NCBI GenBank assembly: GCA_028826165.1 | Contig: JAPDFW010000136.1 | Span: 874,767 to 938,766 of the forward strand | Length of the DNA stretch: 64,000 nucleotides | From: Anaeramoeba ignava BMAN | Taxonomy: Eukaryota > Protista > Anaeramoebae | Direction of reading: 5' to 3' | Shown: positions 23,065 through 34,840 of the stretch, in pieces | Numbering within the stretch: the first letter of the stretch is position 1 | Layout: each line of letters begins with the position of its first letter | Notes under the pieces: generated by a model | What the model saw: the letters and a program-made list of their open reading frames with translations, nothing else | What the model was told of the DNA's origin: nothing | The model's database searches: none | Position numbers and translations under genes: made by a program

Positions 23065-25362
23065 TTAAAAATAAATTAAATCAATAATTGAATTTTGATT
23101 TAATTGATAATAATCTTTTAAATCTGAAAATTCTTCTTGAGTTTCTTTTGGAATTTCATTTTCAAATTTATCATGATAAAGAAAATAAATTAATTCTTGA
23201 ATTGTTTTAAATGATTTTTTTGAATAATCATGAACTTGATTTGATGAATCTTGAACATTTAATTGAAACATTCCTTTATATAATTCACTTCTTATTATTA
23301 ATATTAATTTATGAACTTTAATTTCTTTTTCTTTTTCTTCTTTAATAATTGTAAAAATCTTTTGTTTCATTTTGTTGATATAATTTTGATAAATCTTCCA
23401 ATATTCCTTTTCTTCCTTTTTTAGATTCAATCCAATTTGAATCAAATCCAATTTCTTTGAAAAAATTTTTTTTTTATTTTTTTTCATTTTTTTCATTTTT
23501 TTTTTTTCATTTTTTTTTTATTTTTTCTGAAATTTTTGAATTTATTTCAAAAATTCAATTTTTTTTTTTCAAATTTGAAATTTTTGATTTTTTTTTTTTT
23601 TATAATTTTTTTTGATTTTTAATTTATAATTAAATTTTTGTTTTTCAACTATTTTATTTTATCAATTTTTGAAGAAAATAATCAAAATTAGGAAAACCAG
23701 TATAAATGAAATTTAAAGCAATTTCAACTTCTTCTTTTGATTTTTGTGAACAAATTTCAATAAATTTTGATAAAATTGATTGATTATTATCAAATCTTGT
23801 TAATAAAATTAATTTATGAACTTTAAATTTAAAAGAATCATTTGATTGAATTTCAAAATCTGAAAAATTATCTTCATTTGATTTTAGTAAATTGTTTAAA
23901 TCTTGAATAATTGAATAAATTTGTTTCAACATTTCAAAAACTTCTTTTGATAAATTATATTTCAATAAATCAAAAGGATTTGCATTATTCATTAATAAGA
24001 ATTGAATTAATTTTTCATTTTTTCTTTGATTTTGAATACAAGTGAAAATTATTTTTTTTTTTTTGGCATTTGATATCTGTTCCTTTTGAAACAAGATTTC
24101 AAACAAAAACTGATTTAAAATTTTACAAATTAAAATAAATTAAATTCTTTTGGATTTTTTTATTGATTTTTGACAAATTTTAAATGAAAAATTTTTGTTT
24201 CTTCATTTTTTTTTTTCATTAATATCTGCTCCTTTGAAAATAAATAAGATATTTTTTATTTGAAATTGAATCTGCACCATTTTGAAATGAGAAAAAATAT
24301 TTTTCAATTTCATTTTGATTTTGATTTGATTTTGACAAATTAAATGTAAAAGGTTTTTCTTGTTTAATATTTGTTTTGGCATTGATATCTGCTCCATTTT
24401 GAATTAAAAAATTTAATAATTTCAAATGAATTTTGATTTTTTTTTTTTTTTGACAAAATTAAATGTAAAAGGTTTTTTTTATATTTTTTTTTTTTGGCAT
24501 TGATATCTGCTCCTTTTGAAACAAGAAATTGAATAATTTCAAATGAATTTTTTGATTTTTTTGAATTTTGACAAATTAAAATGTAAAGAAGTTTGTTTTC
24601 ATTTTATTTTTTGCATTAATATCTTTTCCTTTTCAAGAAAAAAATTTAATAAAAATCTTTAATTTTTTTTTTTGATTTTTTGACAAATTAAATGTAAAAT
24701 GTGTTTTTCTTGATTAGAATTTTTGGCATTGATATCTGCTCCGTTTTTGAAACAAGAATTTAAATTTTCAAATGTTTTTCATTTTTTGATTTTGACAAAT
24801 TAAATGTAATGGTGAGTTTCTATTTTTTCATTTTTGGCATTAACATCTGCTCCTTTTTGAAACAAAAAAATTGAATCATTTCAAATAAATTTTCATTTTC
24901 ATTTTTTTTATTTTTTTGACAAATTAAATAAAATGATGTTTCTTCAAAAATTTTTTTCCAATTAATAATTTCAAATAAATTTGTAATTTGATTTTGACTT
25001 TGATTTTGACAAATTAAATGTAATGGTGTTTGTTTATAAGTTTTGTGTTTTGGCATTGATATCTGCTCCACCTTTTTCAATTAAAAATTTAATAATTTCA
25101 AATGAATTTTCATTTTGATTTTGACAAATTAAATGTAAAGGGTTTTGCCTTCTTTTTTGTTTTGGCATTGATATATCTCTTTTTCCTTTTTAAAATTAAA
25201 AATTTTTTAATAATTTTTTTTGAATTTTCTGTTAAATTTTTATTTTGACAAATTAAATGTAAAATTGTTTCCTTGAAATTAAATTTTTGAAATTAATTTT
25301 TAATATCTTTAATTGAATTTTTCACAAGCAATAAATTTTTTTTTTTGAATTTTTTGTCCCAT
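23065..25362 (-). pseudogene. Ankyrin-BTB-BTB copy B, heavily frameshifted
   Basis: ATGGGACAA start at 25362, GADINAK fragments, BTB1 at 23654-24106 and BTB2 at 23065-23496. Confidence 0.7.
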
Positions 25363-25404
25363 TTTTATTTTTAAAAAAATGAAAAATGAAAAATGAAAAA
25401 TTTA

Positions 25405-25680
25405 AAATTTTTTAAAAAATCAATAATTGAATTTTGATTTAATTGATAATAATCTTTTAAATCTGAAAAAATTCTTTTTTTTAATTTTTTTTTTTTTTTT
25501 CAAATTTATCATGATAAAGAAAATAAATTAATTGTTGAATTGTTTCATTTGATTTTTTTGAATAATCATGAACTTGATTTGATGAATCTCGAACATTTAA
25601 TTGAAAAATTCCTTTATATAATTCACTTCTTAATATTAATATTAATTTATGAATTTTAATTTTTTTTTCTTCATAATAAA
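25405..25680 (-). pseudogene. Isolated degraded BTB2 tail fragment (copy C)
   Basis: Matches the HKLILILRSELYKG...SSNQVHDYSKKSNETIQQLIYFLYHDKF coding sequence, with indels. Confidence 0.6.
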
Positions 25681-25786
25681 GAAAATAAATAATTTTAATT
25701 GTTTCAAATTTTTTTTTAATTTTTAAAAATTATTCAAAATAAAATAAATTTCCTTTAAAACATTTTAATAATAAAATAAAATTATA

Positions 25787-27746
25787 TTAAAATTTCTTTG
25801 AAAAGAAATTTGGGACAAAAAAAAAATTTTTGATCTTGTAAGAAATAGGATATTTAGGTTCTTCAAATGTTTTTGGATTGAAATCATTAAAAATTAAATC
25901 AATTATGGAATTTTCGTTTAATTGATAATAATCTTTCAAATCATCAAATTCTTCATTAATTGTTGTTCCTTTATCAAATTTATCATGATAAAGAAAATAA
26001 ACTAATTGTTTAATTGTTTCAAATGATTTCCCTGTATAATCATGAACTTGATTTGATGTGTCTTGGACATTTAATTGAAACATTGCTTTAAATAATTCAC
26101 TTCTTGAAAATAATATTAATTTATGAACTTTAATTTGTTTTTCAATTTGTTTTTCAATTTGTTTTTCAATTTGTTTTTGTTTTTCATTTTCATTTTCATT
26201 TAAATTTAAATTTTCGTTTTGATTTTGATTCCATATTATTGTAAAATCTTTTGTTGATTCTGCTTTATATAACTTATCTAAATCTTCCAATATTCCTTTT
26301 CTTCCTTGAATTTTTAATTGATTCCATTTTGATTTTAATCATCGCAAAATAAATTTTTGAACAGTTTTTTTTGATCTTTTATTTATTATTTTCTTTATAA
26401 TTACTTTTTTTTCATTTTCAATTTTTTTGTTTTGAGTTACACTTGCAAGTTGATTGATAAATTTTTGTAATTGTTCAAAATCAGGAAATCCAGTATAAAT
26501 GAAATTTAAAGCAATTTCAACATCTTCTTTTGACTTTCGTTTACAGATATTGATAAATTTTTGTAAATTTGTTTCATTATTATCAAATCTTGTTAAAAAA
26601 ATTAATTTATGAACTTGAAATTTGGAATAATCATTTGATTGAATTTCTAAATCTGAAAAATTATCATTTGAATTTAATAAATTGTTTAAATCTTCAATAA
26701 TTGAATAAATTGGAATCAATAAATCAATATTTCTTTTTGAAATTCGATCACTTTTTAAATCAAAAGGATCTGCATTATTTATTAATAAAATTTTGATAAT
26801 TTTTTGATTTGGTTTTTGAGGTTCAATTAAAAATGAAATAGGACTTTGTAGATAGTTATTTTTGGCATTAACATCTGCTCCATTTGAAATAAAAAATTGA
26901 ATAATACCAAACGAATTTGTATTTTGATTTTTGCTTTGACAACTAAAATGAAAAGGTGTTTCTCTCTCTTTATTTTTGGCATTGATATCTGCACCTTTTG
27001 AAACAAGAAATTTGATAATTTCAAATGCATTTTGATTTTTGTTTTGACAAATTGAATGTAACGCAGTTTGATAATTATGCTTTGTTTTGGCATTGATATC
27101 TGCTCCATTTAAAACAAGAAATTTGATAATTTCAAATTGAATTTTGATTGTGATGTTGATTTTGACAAATAAAATGTAAAGGAGTTTCTTCTTTTTCAGT
27201 TTTGGCATTAACATCTGCTCTTTTTGAAATGAGAAATTTAGTCATTTCAAGTGAATTTGTATTTATATTCTGACTTTGACAAATTAAATGTAAAACTGTT
27301 TCTTGATTTTTGTTTTTGGCATTAACATCTGCTCCTTTTTCAATGAGAAATTTAACAATTTCAATTAAAATTTGACTTCGATATTGATAAATTAAATGTA
27401 ACGGAATTTGTTGATTATTCTTTATGTTGAGATTTAAATTCACTCTTTGGGGAGCCATAACACCAAGTTTAATTGAATTTTCGTTGATTCTTTTAAAAAT
27501 TAAATGCAAAGAAGTTTCTTGATTGTTATTTTTGACATTAATATCTGCTCCATTTGAAACAAGAAATTTAATAATTTGAAATGAATTTTCATTTAGATTT
27601 TGATTTTGACAAGCAATAAACAAAGGTGTTTCTCCATTTTCATTTTTGGGATTGAGATCTACTTTTTTTGAAATTAATTTTTGAATATCTTCAATTGAAT
27701 TTTGTTCACAAGCAATAAATAATTTTTTTGAACTTGATTGACCCAT
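25787..27746 (-). CDS. Ankyrin-BTB-BTB copy D (~8 ankyrin repeats; frameshifts near 27135 and 26340)
   Basis: Three consecutive ORFs give MGQSSSKK-Ank, Ank-BTB1 and BTB2. Confidence 0.75.
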
Positions 27747-27804
27747 TTATTTATTTTTTTATTTATGAAAAAAATGGAAAAATGAAAAAAATGAAAAAAA
27801 AATT

Positions 27805-29541
27805 CTAAATTAAATCTTTTAAAAATAAATCAATTATTGAATTTTCATTTAATTGATAATAATCTTTCAAATCTTCAAATTCTTCAATCATTTTAGAATT
27901 AATTTTAGAATTAATTTCTTTTTCCTCATCGTGATAAAGAAAATAGATTAATTGTTGAATTGTTTCATTTGATTTTTTTGAATAATCATGAACTTGATTT
28001 GATGAATCATTAACACTTAAAAACATTCCTTTATATACTTCACTTCTTAATATTAATATTAATTTATGGACTTTAATTTCTTTTTCTTCTGAAATAATAA
28101 TTGTAAAATCTTTATTTTGATTTTCTTCATATAATTTATGTAAATCTTCTAATATTCCTTTTCTTCCTTTTTTAGATTCAATCCAATTTGAATCAAATCC
28201 AATTTCTTTGAAAAATTCTTTTAATTTATTTTCTGAAGAACGTTCTTTTTTTTTTAAATCTTCTTTTTTTGTTGAAATTAATTGTTGTTCTTTTTTTGTT
28301 TTAGAATAAAATGAATCTGTTATTTTTTTTAAAAATTCAATTTGTTGATTGAAAATTTCAAAATCAGGAAATCCAGTATAAATGAAATTTAAAGCAATTT
28401 CAACATCTTCTTTTGACTTTCGTTTACAGATATTGATAAATTTTTGTAAATTTGTTTGATTATTATCAAATCTTGTTAATAAAATTAATCTATGAACTTG
28501 AAATTTAAAAGAATCAATTGATTGAATTTCTAAATCTGAAAAATTATCATTTGATTTTAATAAATTGATTAAATCTTGATTGATTGAATAAATTTGAATT
28601 AATAAATCAATAAATTCTTTTGGAAATAAATTTATATTTGAATGGAAAAGATTTGCACCATTCAATAATAAAATCCTAATAACTTTTTGATTTTGATTTT
28701 GAATTGCAAGGGAAAGTGGAGTTTGATAGTATGATGTTCGGGTATTTAAATTAGCTCCATTTAAAACAAGAAACTTAACAATCTCAAATGAATTTTCATT
28801 TTGGTTTTGGTTGTGGTTTTTACAAATTAAATGTAAAGGAGTTTCATTATAAAGCTTTGATTTTAAATTAATATTTGCACCATTTGAAACAAGATATTTG
28901 ATAATTTCAAATGAATTTTGATTTCTATTTTGATATTCATTTTTACAAATTAGATGTAAAGCTGTTTCTTGATTTTTATCTTTTATATTAACACCTGTTC
29001 CATTTGAAACAAGATATTTGATAATTTCAATTGAGTATTCGTTTCTATTTTGATTTTGACAGACTAAATGTAATGGTGTTTGTTGCTTATTTCCTGTTTT
29101 TGAATTGATATCTGCACGTTTCGAAACAAGATATTTAATAATTTCAACTGAATTCTCATTCGGATTTTCATTGCGACAAATTAAATGTAATGGATTTTCT
29201 TGAGTATATCCTGTTTTGACATTGATATCTGCTCCTTTCTCTGAAACAAGATATTGAATAATTTCAACTGAATATTGACTTTGATTTGAAATTTGACAAA
29301 TTAAATGTAAAGGAGTTTCTTGATGTTTATTTTTGACATTAATACCTGCTCCATTTTCAATTAAAAGTTTAATAATTTGAAGCGAATTTTCATTTATATT
29401 TTGACAAATAATATGTAATGGAGTTTCTCCCTCAAAATTTGTAATATTGATATCAATTCTTTGTGAAATTAGTTTTTGAATATTTTCAAGTGAATTTTGT
29501 TCACAAAAAATAAATAATTTTTTTGAATTTGTTTGATCCAT
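27805..29541 (-). CDS. Ankyrin-BTB-BTB copy E, 578 aa (~7 repeats plus N-cap)
   Basis: Intact ORF with TPLHxIC/GADIN repeats and two BTB domains. Confidence 0.9.
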   Translation of the reverse strand: MDQTNSKKLFIFCEQNSLENIQKLISQRIDINITNFEGETPLHIICQNINENSLQIIKLLIENGAGINVKNKHQETPLHLICQISNQSQYSVEIIQYLVSEKGADINVKTGYTQENPLHLICRNENPNENSVEIIKYLVSKRADINSKTGNKQQTPLHLVCQNQNRNEYSIEIIKYLVSNGTGVNIKDKNQETALHLICKNEYQNRNQNSFEIIKYLVSNGANINLKSKLYNETPLHLICKNHNQNQNENSFEIVKFLVLNGANLNTRTSYYQTPLSLAIQNQNQKVIRILLLNGANLFHSNINLFPKEFIDLLIQIYSINQDLINLLKSNDNFSDLEIQSIDSFKFQVHRLILLTRFDNNQTNLQKFINICKRKSKEDVEIALNFIYTGFPDFEIFNQQIEFLKKITDSFYSKTKKEQQLISTKKEDLKKKERSSENKLKEFFKEIGFDSNWIESKKGRKGILEDLHKLYEENQNKDFTIIISEEKEIKVHKLILILRSEVYKGMFLSVNDSSNQVHDYSKKSNETIQQLIYFLYHDEEKEINSKINSKMIEEFEDLKDYYQLNENSIIDLFLKDLI

Positions 29542-29579
29542 TTATTTATTTTTGAAAATGAAAAATGAAAAATGAATTT

Positions 29580-32500
29580 TTAATTTAAATCTTTTAAAAT
29601 TAAATCAATTATTGAATTTTGATTTAATTGATAATAATCTTTTAAATCATAAAATTCTTCTTTTTTAATTTCTTTTTCTTTTTCAAATTTATCATGATAA
29701 AGAAAATAAATTAATTGTTGAATTGTTTCATTTGATTTTTTTGAATAATCATGAACTTGATTTGATGAATCATTAACACTTAAAAACATTCCTTTATATA
29801 ATTCACTTCTTAATATTAATATTAATTTATGAACTTTAATTTCTTTTTCTTCTGAAATAATAATTGTAAAATCTTTATTTTGATTTTCTTCATATAATTT
29901 ATGTAAATCTTCTAATATTCCTTTTCTTCCTTTTTTAGATTCAATCCAATTTGATTCAATTCCAATTTCTTTGAAAAATTCTTTTAATTTATCTTCTTTT
30001 TCTTCAAATTTTGGTTTTTGATTTTGTTCATTTTCTGTTTTTTGGTGTAAAAATTCAAGTTCTTTAATAAAATTTTGTAATAGTTCAAAATCAACAAATC
30101 CAGTATAAATGAAATTTAAAGCAATTTCAACATTTTCTTTTGGTTTTGTTTTACAGATATTGATAAATTTTTGTAAAATTGTTTCATTATTATCAAATCT
30201 TGTTAATAAAATTAATTTATGAACTTTAAATTGAGAAGAATCATTTGATTGAATTGTTAAATCTGAAAAGTTATCATTTGATTTTAATAAATTGTTTAAA
30301 TCATCATTGATTGAATAAATTGGAATGAATAAATCAAGAAAGTCTTTTGGAATTCGATAATAGAATCCATAATTTTTTTGGATTTTTTGCAAATCAAAAA
30401 TATTTGCATGATTTATTAATAAAAATTGAGTCAATTGTCGATTTAAATTTCTAAATGAAATTATTAAAGCAGTTTGATGATAGTTATTTTCTATATTGAT
30501 ATCTGCTCCATTTGAAACAAGATATTTAACAATTTCAATCGTATATCTGTTTTTTTGGTATTCACAAACAAAGTGTAAAGCTGTTTCTTGATATTTATCT
30601 TTGGCATTAATATCTGTTCCATTTTCAATTAAATATTTAACAATTTTAATTAAATTTGGATTTTCCTTTTGATATTTGCAAGCAAAATGTAAAGGAGTTT
30701 CTTCATCTATATTTTTAGCATTTACATCTGCTCCATTTGAAACAAGATATTTAACAATTTCAAATGAATTTTCATTTTTTTGATTTTGACAAACTAAATG
30801 CAATATAGTTTCTTGAGAATAATAACTTTCAATATTAACGTTTGCTCCATTTGAAACAAGAAACTTGATAATTTCAAGAGAATTTGGATTTTGATTTTGA
30901 GTTCGACAAACAGAACTTAATGGTGTGTTATTATATTTTGTTTTGGCATTAATATCTGCTCCTTTTGAAACAAGATATTTAATAATTTCAAGTGAATTTG
31001 AATTTGAAATTTGGCAAACAAGATGTAAAGGAGTTTCATTATTTGCGTTTTTAATATCAATTTCAATTCCTTTTGAAACAAGAAATTTGATAATTTCAAG
31101 TGAATTTGAATTTTCACTTTGACAGATTAAATGCAAAGGGATTTCTTGAGTGTGTTTATTTCTGGCGTTAATATCTGCACCTTTTGAAACAAAAAATTTA
31201 ATAATTTCAAGTGATTTTGGATTTAAATTTTGGCAAACAAGATGCAAAGGTGTATTATCAATAGTATTTTTAGTATCAATTTCAATTCCGTTTGAAACGA
31301 GGAATTTGATAATTTTCAATGCTTTTGGATGTAAATTTTGACAAGCAAAATGTAAAAGTGTTTCGTTATTATCATTTTGAGTATGAATTTGTGCTCCACA
31401 TTCAATAAGATATTCAATAGGATGAATTGAGTTTTGACTAAGACATAAGAAATGTAATGGGGTATCTTTATTAGTTGTCTTTGCATTAACATCAAGACCT
31501 TTTGAAACAAGAAATTTGATAAATTCAAATGAATTTGCATTTTGACAAGCAAGATGTAAAAGTGTGTCATTCTTATAATTTGTATAATCAAATCTTGCTC
31601 CTGATTCAACAAAAAGTTTGATAATTTCAATCGAAGTTTTGCTTCTAAAGGCAATATTTAAAATTGTATTTTGATTTTCTGACTTCAAATCTGCTCCTTT
31701 TGAAACAAGATATTTGATGATTTCGATTGAATTTTGTAATTGAAAAGAAAAATATAGTGGCGATTTGTTATCTGTCGTTTTTGCATTAACATTAGCTCCT
31801 TTTTCCACAAGAATTTTGATAATCTCAAATGATAGTTCATTTTTATTTGAAATTTGGCAAATTAGATGTAAAGGTGTTTGACGGTTTTCAAGATGTGTAT
31901 TGACATCCGCACCTTTTGAAACAAGATATCTAATAATTTCGATTGAATGTTCATGTGGATTTTTGCAAATATAATATAAAGGTGTTTCTTGAAGTTTATT
32001 TTTAGCATCAATATCAACTCCTTTTTCAACAAGAATTTTCACAATTTCGATTGAGTTTTGGTTTCTATTTTGGCAAGCTAAAATGTAAAGGAGTTTGTAA
32101 ATATTTTGTCTTTGAATTGATATCTGCTCCTTTCTCAATAAGATATTCAATGATTTCTTTTGAATTGAGATGATGACAAGCTAAATGTAAAGGTGTTTCG
32201 TTGTTCCTATTTTGTGAATTCACATCAATACCATTTTCAACAAAAAATTTGATAATTGGAAGTGTATTTTCTTTCTGGTTTTTACAAATCAAATGCAGAC
32301 AAGTTTCTTCATGGAAATTTTTTTCATGAACATCAAATCCTTTTTGAATAAGAAATTCAATAATTTGCAGGGAATTATTCCGACAAGCAAAATGCAAAGA
32401 TGTTTCATTTTTCAGACTTTTTGCCTGACTATCTACTCCTTTTTCAATAAGAAATTCAATAATTTGCAGGGTATTATTTTGGCAAGCAAAATGAAATGGA

Positions 32501-33327
32501 TATATTTCTAACCAATCATGAAAATGAATATCTGCTCCTGATTCAATCATTAATTTCATAACTTCAATAGATTTTTGATATTTGCAAACAAAATGAAAAG
32601 ATGATTCATTAAGAATATTTGTTCTATTGATATCTGCTCCTTTTGAAATAAGATACTGAATAATTTCAAATGCATTTTGATCCTGTTGATATTTGCAAGC
32701 AAAATGTAATGCTGTTTGTTTTGTATCAAATGTTTGTGTGTTTAGCTCAACACCTTTCTCAACAAGATATTTAACAATTTTGAATGAATTTTGGTTTTTT
32801 TGATATTGGCAAACATAATGCAATAGTGTTTTGTTATTAAATGTTTTTGCTTTTAAATCAATTCCTAAATCCACAAGATATTTGATAATTTCAAATGAGT
32901 CTTTTTTTGTTTGATTTTCGCAAACAAAATGTAATAATGTTTCGTTGAAATTTGTTTTTGGATTTATATCTGCTCCTTTTTCAATAAGATATTTAGTCAT
33001 TTCAAGTGTATTTTTGTTTTGTTTTCTCAAAAATAAATGCAGTATTGTTTCATTATCAGTTGTTTTGTTATTCAAATTAACTCCTTTATCAATAAGAAAC
33101 TGAATTATTTCTAAAGATGAATTGTTTATAATTGCAAAATGTAATGAGTTTCTTCCTTTTTGATCTTTTAAATTTGGATTTATTCCTGTTGAAATTAAAT
33201 ATTCAATAATTTCTTTTGAGGCTTTTTTTTCTATTGCAAAATTTAACAATTTGGTTTTTGAAACGAAATTAATTTGTTTTAATTTTTCGATATTATTTTC
33301 TTCAATAATTTTATAAATAAAATTCAT
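29580..33327 (-). CDS. Ankyrin-BTB-BTB copy F (~27 ankyrin repeats; one frameshift near 32082)
   Basis: ORFs 33327-32065 and 32150-29580 join if one T is removed from CATTTTAGCT (giving HLAC). Confidence 0.85.
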
Positions 33328-33380
33328 TTTATTTAAATTATTTTTGAAAATGAAAAAAATGAAAAATGAAAAATGAATTT

Positions 33381-34799
33381 TTAATTTAAATCTTTCAAAA
33401 TTAAATCAATTATTGAATTTTGATTTAATTGATAATAATCTTTTAAATCATAAAATTCTTCTTTTTTAATTTCTTTTTCTTTTTCAAATTTATCATGATA
33501 AAGAAAATAAATTAATTGTTGAATTGTTTCATTTGATTTTTTTGAATAATCATGAACTTGATTTGATGAATCTTGAACACTTAAAAACATTCCTTTATAT
33601 AATTCACTTCTTATTATTAATATTAATTTATGAACTTTAATTTCTTTTTCTTCTGAAATAATAATTGTAAAATCTTTAGTTTGATTTTCTTGATATAATT
33701 TATGTAAATCTTCTAATATTCCTTTTCTTCCTTTTTTAGTTTCAATCCAATTTGATTCAATTTCAATTTCTTTGAAAAATTCTTTTAATTTATCTTCTTT
33801 TTCTTGATTTTCTTTATTCAAATATTCTATTTCTTTAGCAATATCATTTTGTGAATTAAATTTTAAATGGTATTTGTTAATTTGTTTATTAAATTTATCA
33901 AAATCAACAAATCCAGTATAAATGAAATTTAAAGCAATTTCAACATTTTCTTTTGGTTTTGTTTTACAAATATTGATAAATTTTTGTAAATTTGTTTCAT
34001 TATTATCAAATCTTGTTAATAAAATTAATTTATGAACTTGAAATTTGGAATAATCAATTGATTGAATTGTTAAATCTGAAAAATTATCATTTGATTTTAA
34101 TAAATTGTTTAAATCATCATTGATTGAATAAATTTGAATCAATACCTCAATAATTTCTTTTGTGAAACAATCGCTTGTTAGATTAGAAATATCTGCATTA
34201 TTCATTAATAAAAATTTTATTATTTTTTGATAAGTATATTTACAAGCAAAAAATAATGGGGTTTGATTTATATCATTTCTGGCATTTATATCTGTTCCAT
34301 TTTCAATAAGAAATTTAATAATATTAAGGGGACATCGATGTTGACAAGCATAATGTAAAGGAGTTTCTTGCTCTTCTGTTTTGGAATTAATATCTGCTCC
34401 ATTTTCAATTAAATATTTAATAATTTGAAGTGATTTTTGATAAAGACAGGCTAAATGTAATGGAGTTTCTTGAAATGATTTTTTTGAATTAACATCTGCT
34501 CCATTTTCAATTAAATATTTAATAATTTCAATTGAATTTTGTGAAGAGTTTTGACAACAATAATGTAAAGGAGTTGCTTGATAATTATTTTTTGCATTAA
34601 TATCTGCTCCATTTTCAATTAAATATTTAATAATTTGAAGTGAATTTTTATTTATATTTTGACAAATTAAATGTAAAGGTGTTTCTTGTTTAATATTTTT
34701 CTCATTAACATCAATTCCACTTTCAATTAATTTTTTAATATTTTTAATTGAATTTTTTTCACAAGCAATAAATAATTTTTTTGAATTTGTTTGTCCCAT
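33381..34799 (-). CDS. Ankyrin-BTB-BTB copy G, 472 aa (~5 repeats plus N-cap)
   Basis: Intact ORF starting MGQTNSKK. Confidence 0.9.
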   Translation of the reverse strand: MGQTNSKKLFIACEKNSIKNIKKLIESGIDVNEKNIKQETPLHLICQNINKNSLQIIKYLIENGADINAKNNYQATPLHYCCQNSSQNSIEIIKYLIENGADVNSKKSFQETPLHLACLYQKSLQIIKYLIENGADINSKTEEQETPLHYACQHRCPLNIIKFLIENGTDINARNDINQTPLFFACKYTYQKIIKFLLMNNADISNLTSDCFTKEIIEVLIQIYSINDDLNNLLKSNDNFSDLTIQSIDYSKFQVHKLILLTRFDNNETNLQKFINICKTKPKENVEIALNFIYTGFVDFDKFNKQINKYHLKFNSQNDIAKEIEYLNKENQEKEDKLKEFFKEIEIESNWIETKKGRKGILEDLHKLYQENQTKDFTIIISEEKEIKVHKLILIIRSELYKGMFLSVQDSSNQVHDYSKKSNETIQQLIYFLYHDKFEKEKEIKKEEFYDLKDYYQLNQNSIIDLILKDLN

Positions 34800-34840
34800 T
34801 TATTTTTGAAAATGAAAAATGAAAAATGAAAAATGAATTT

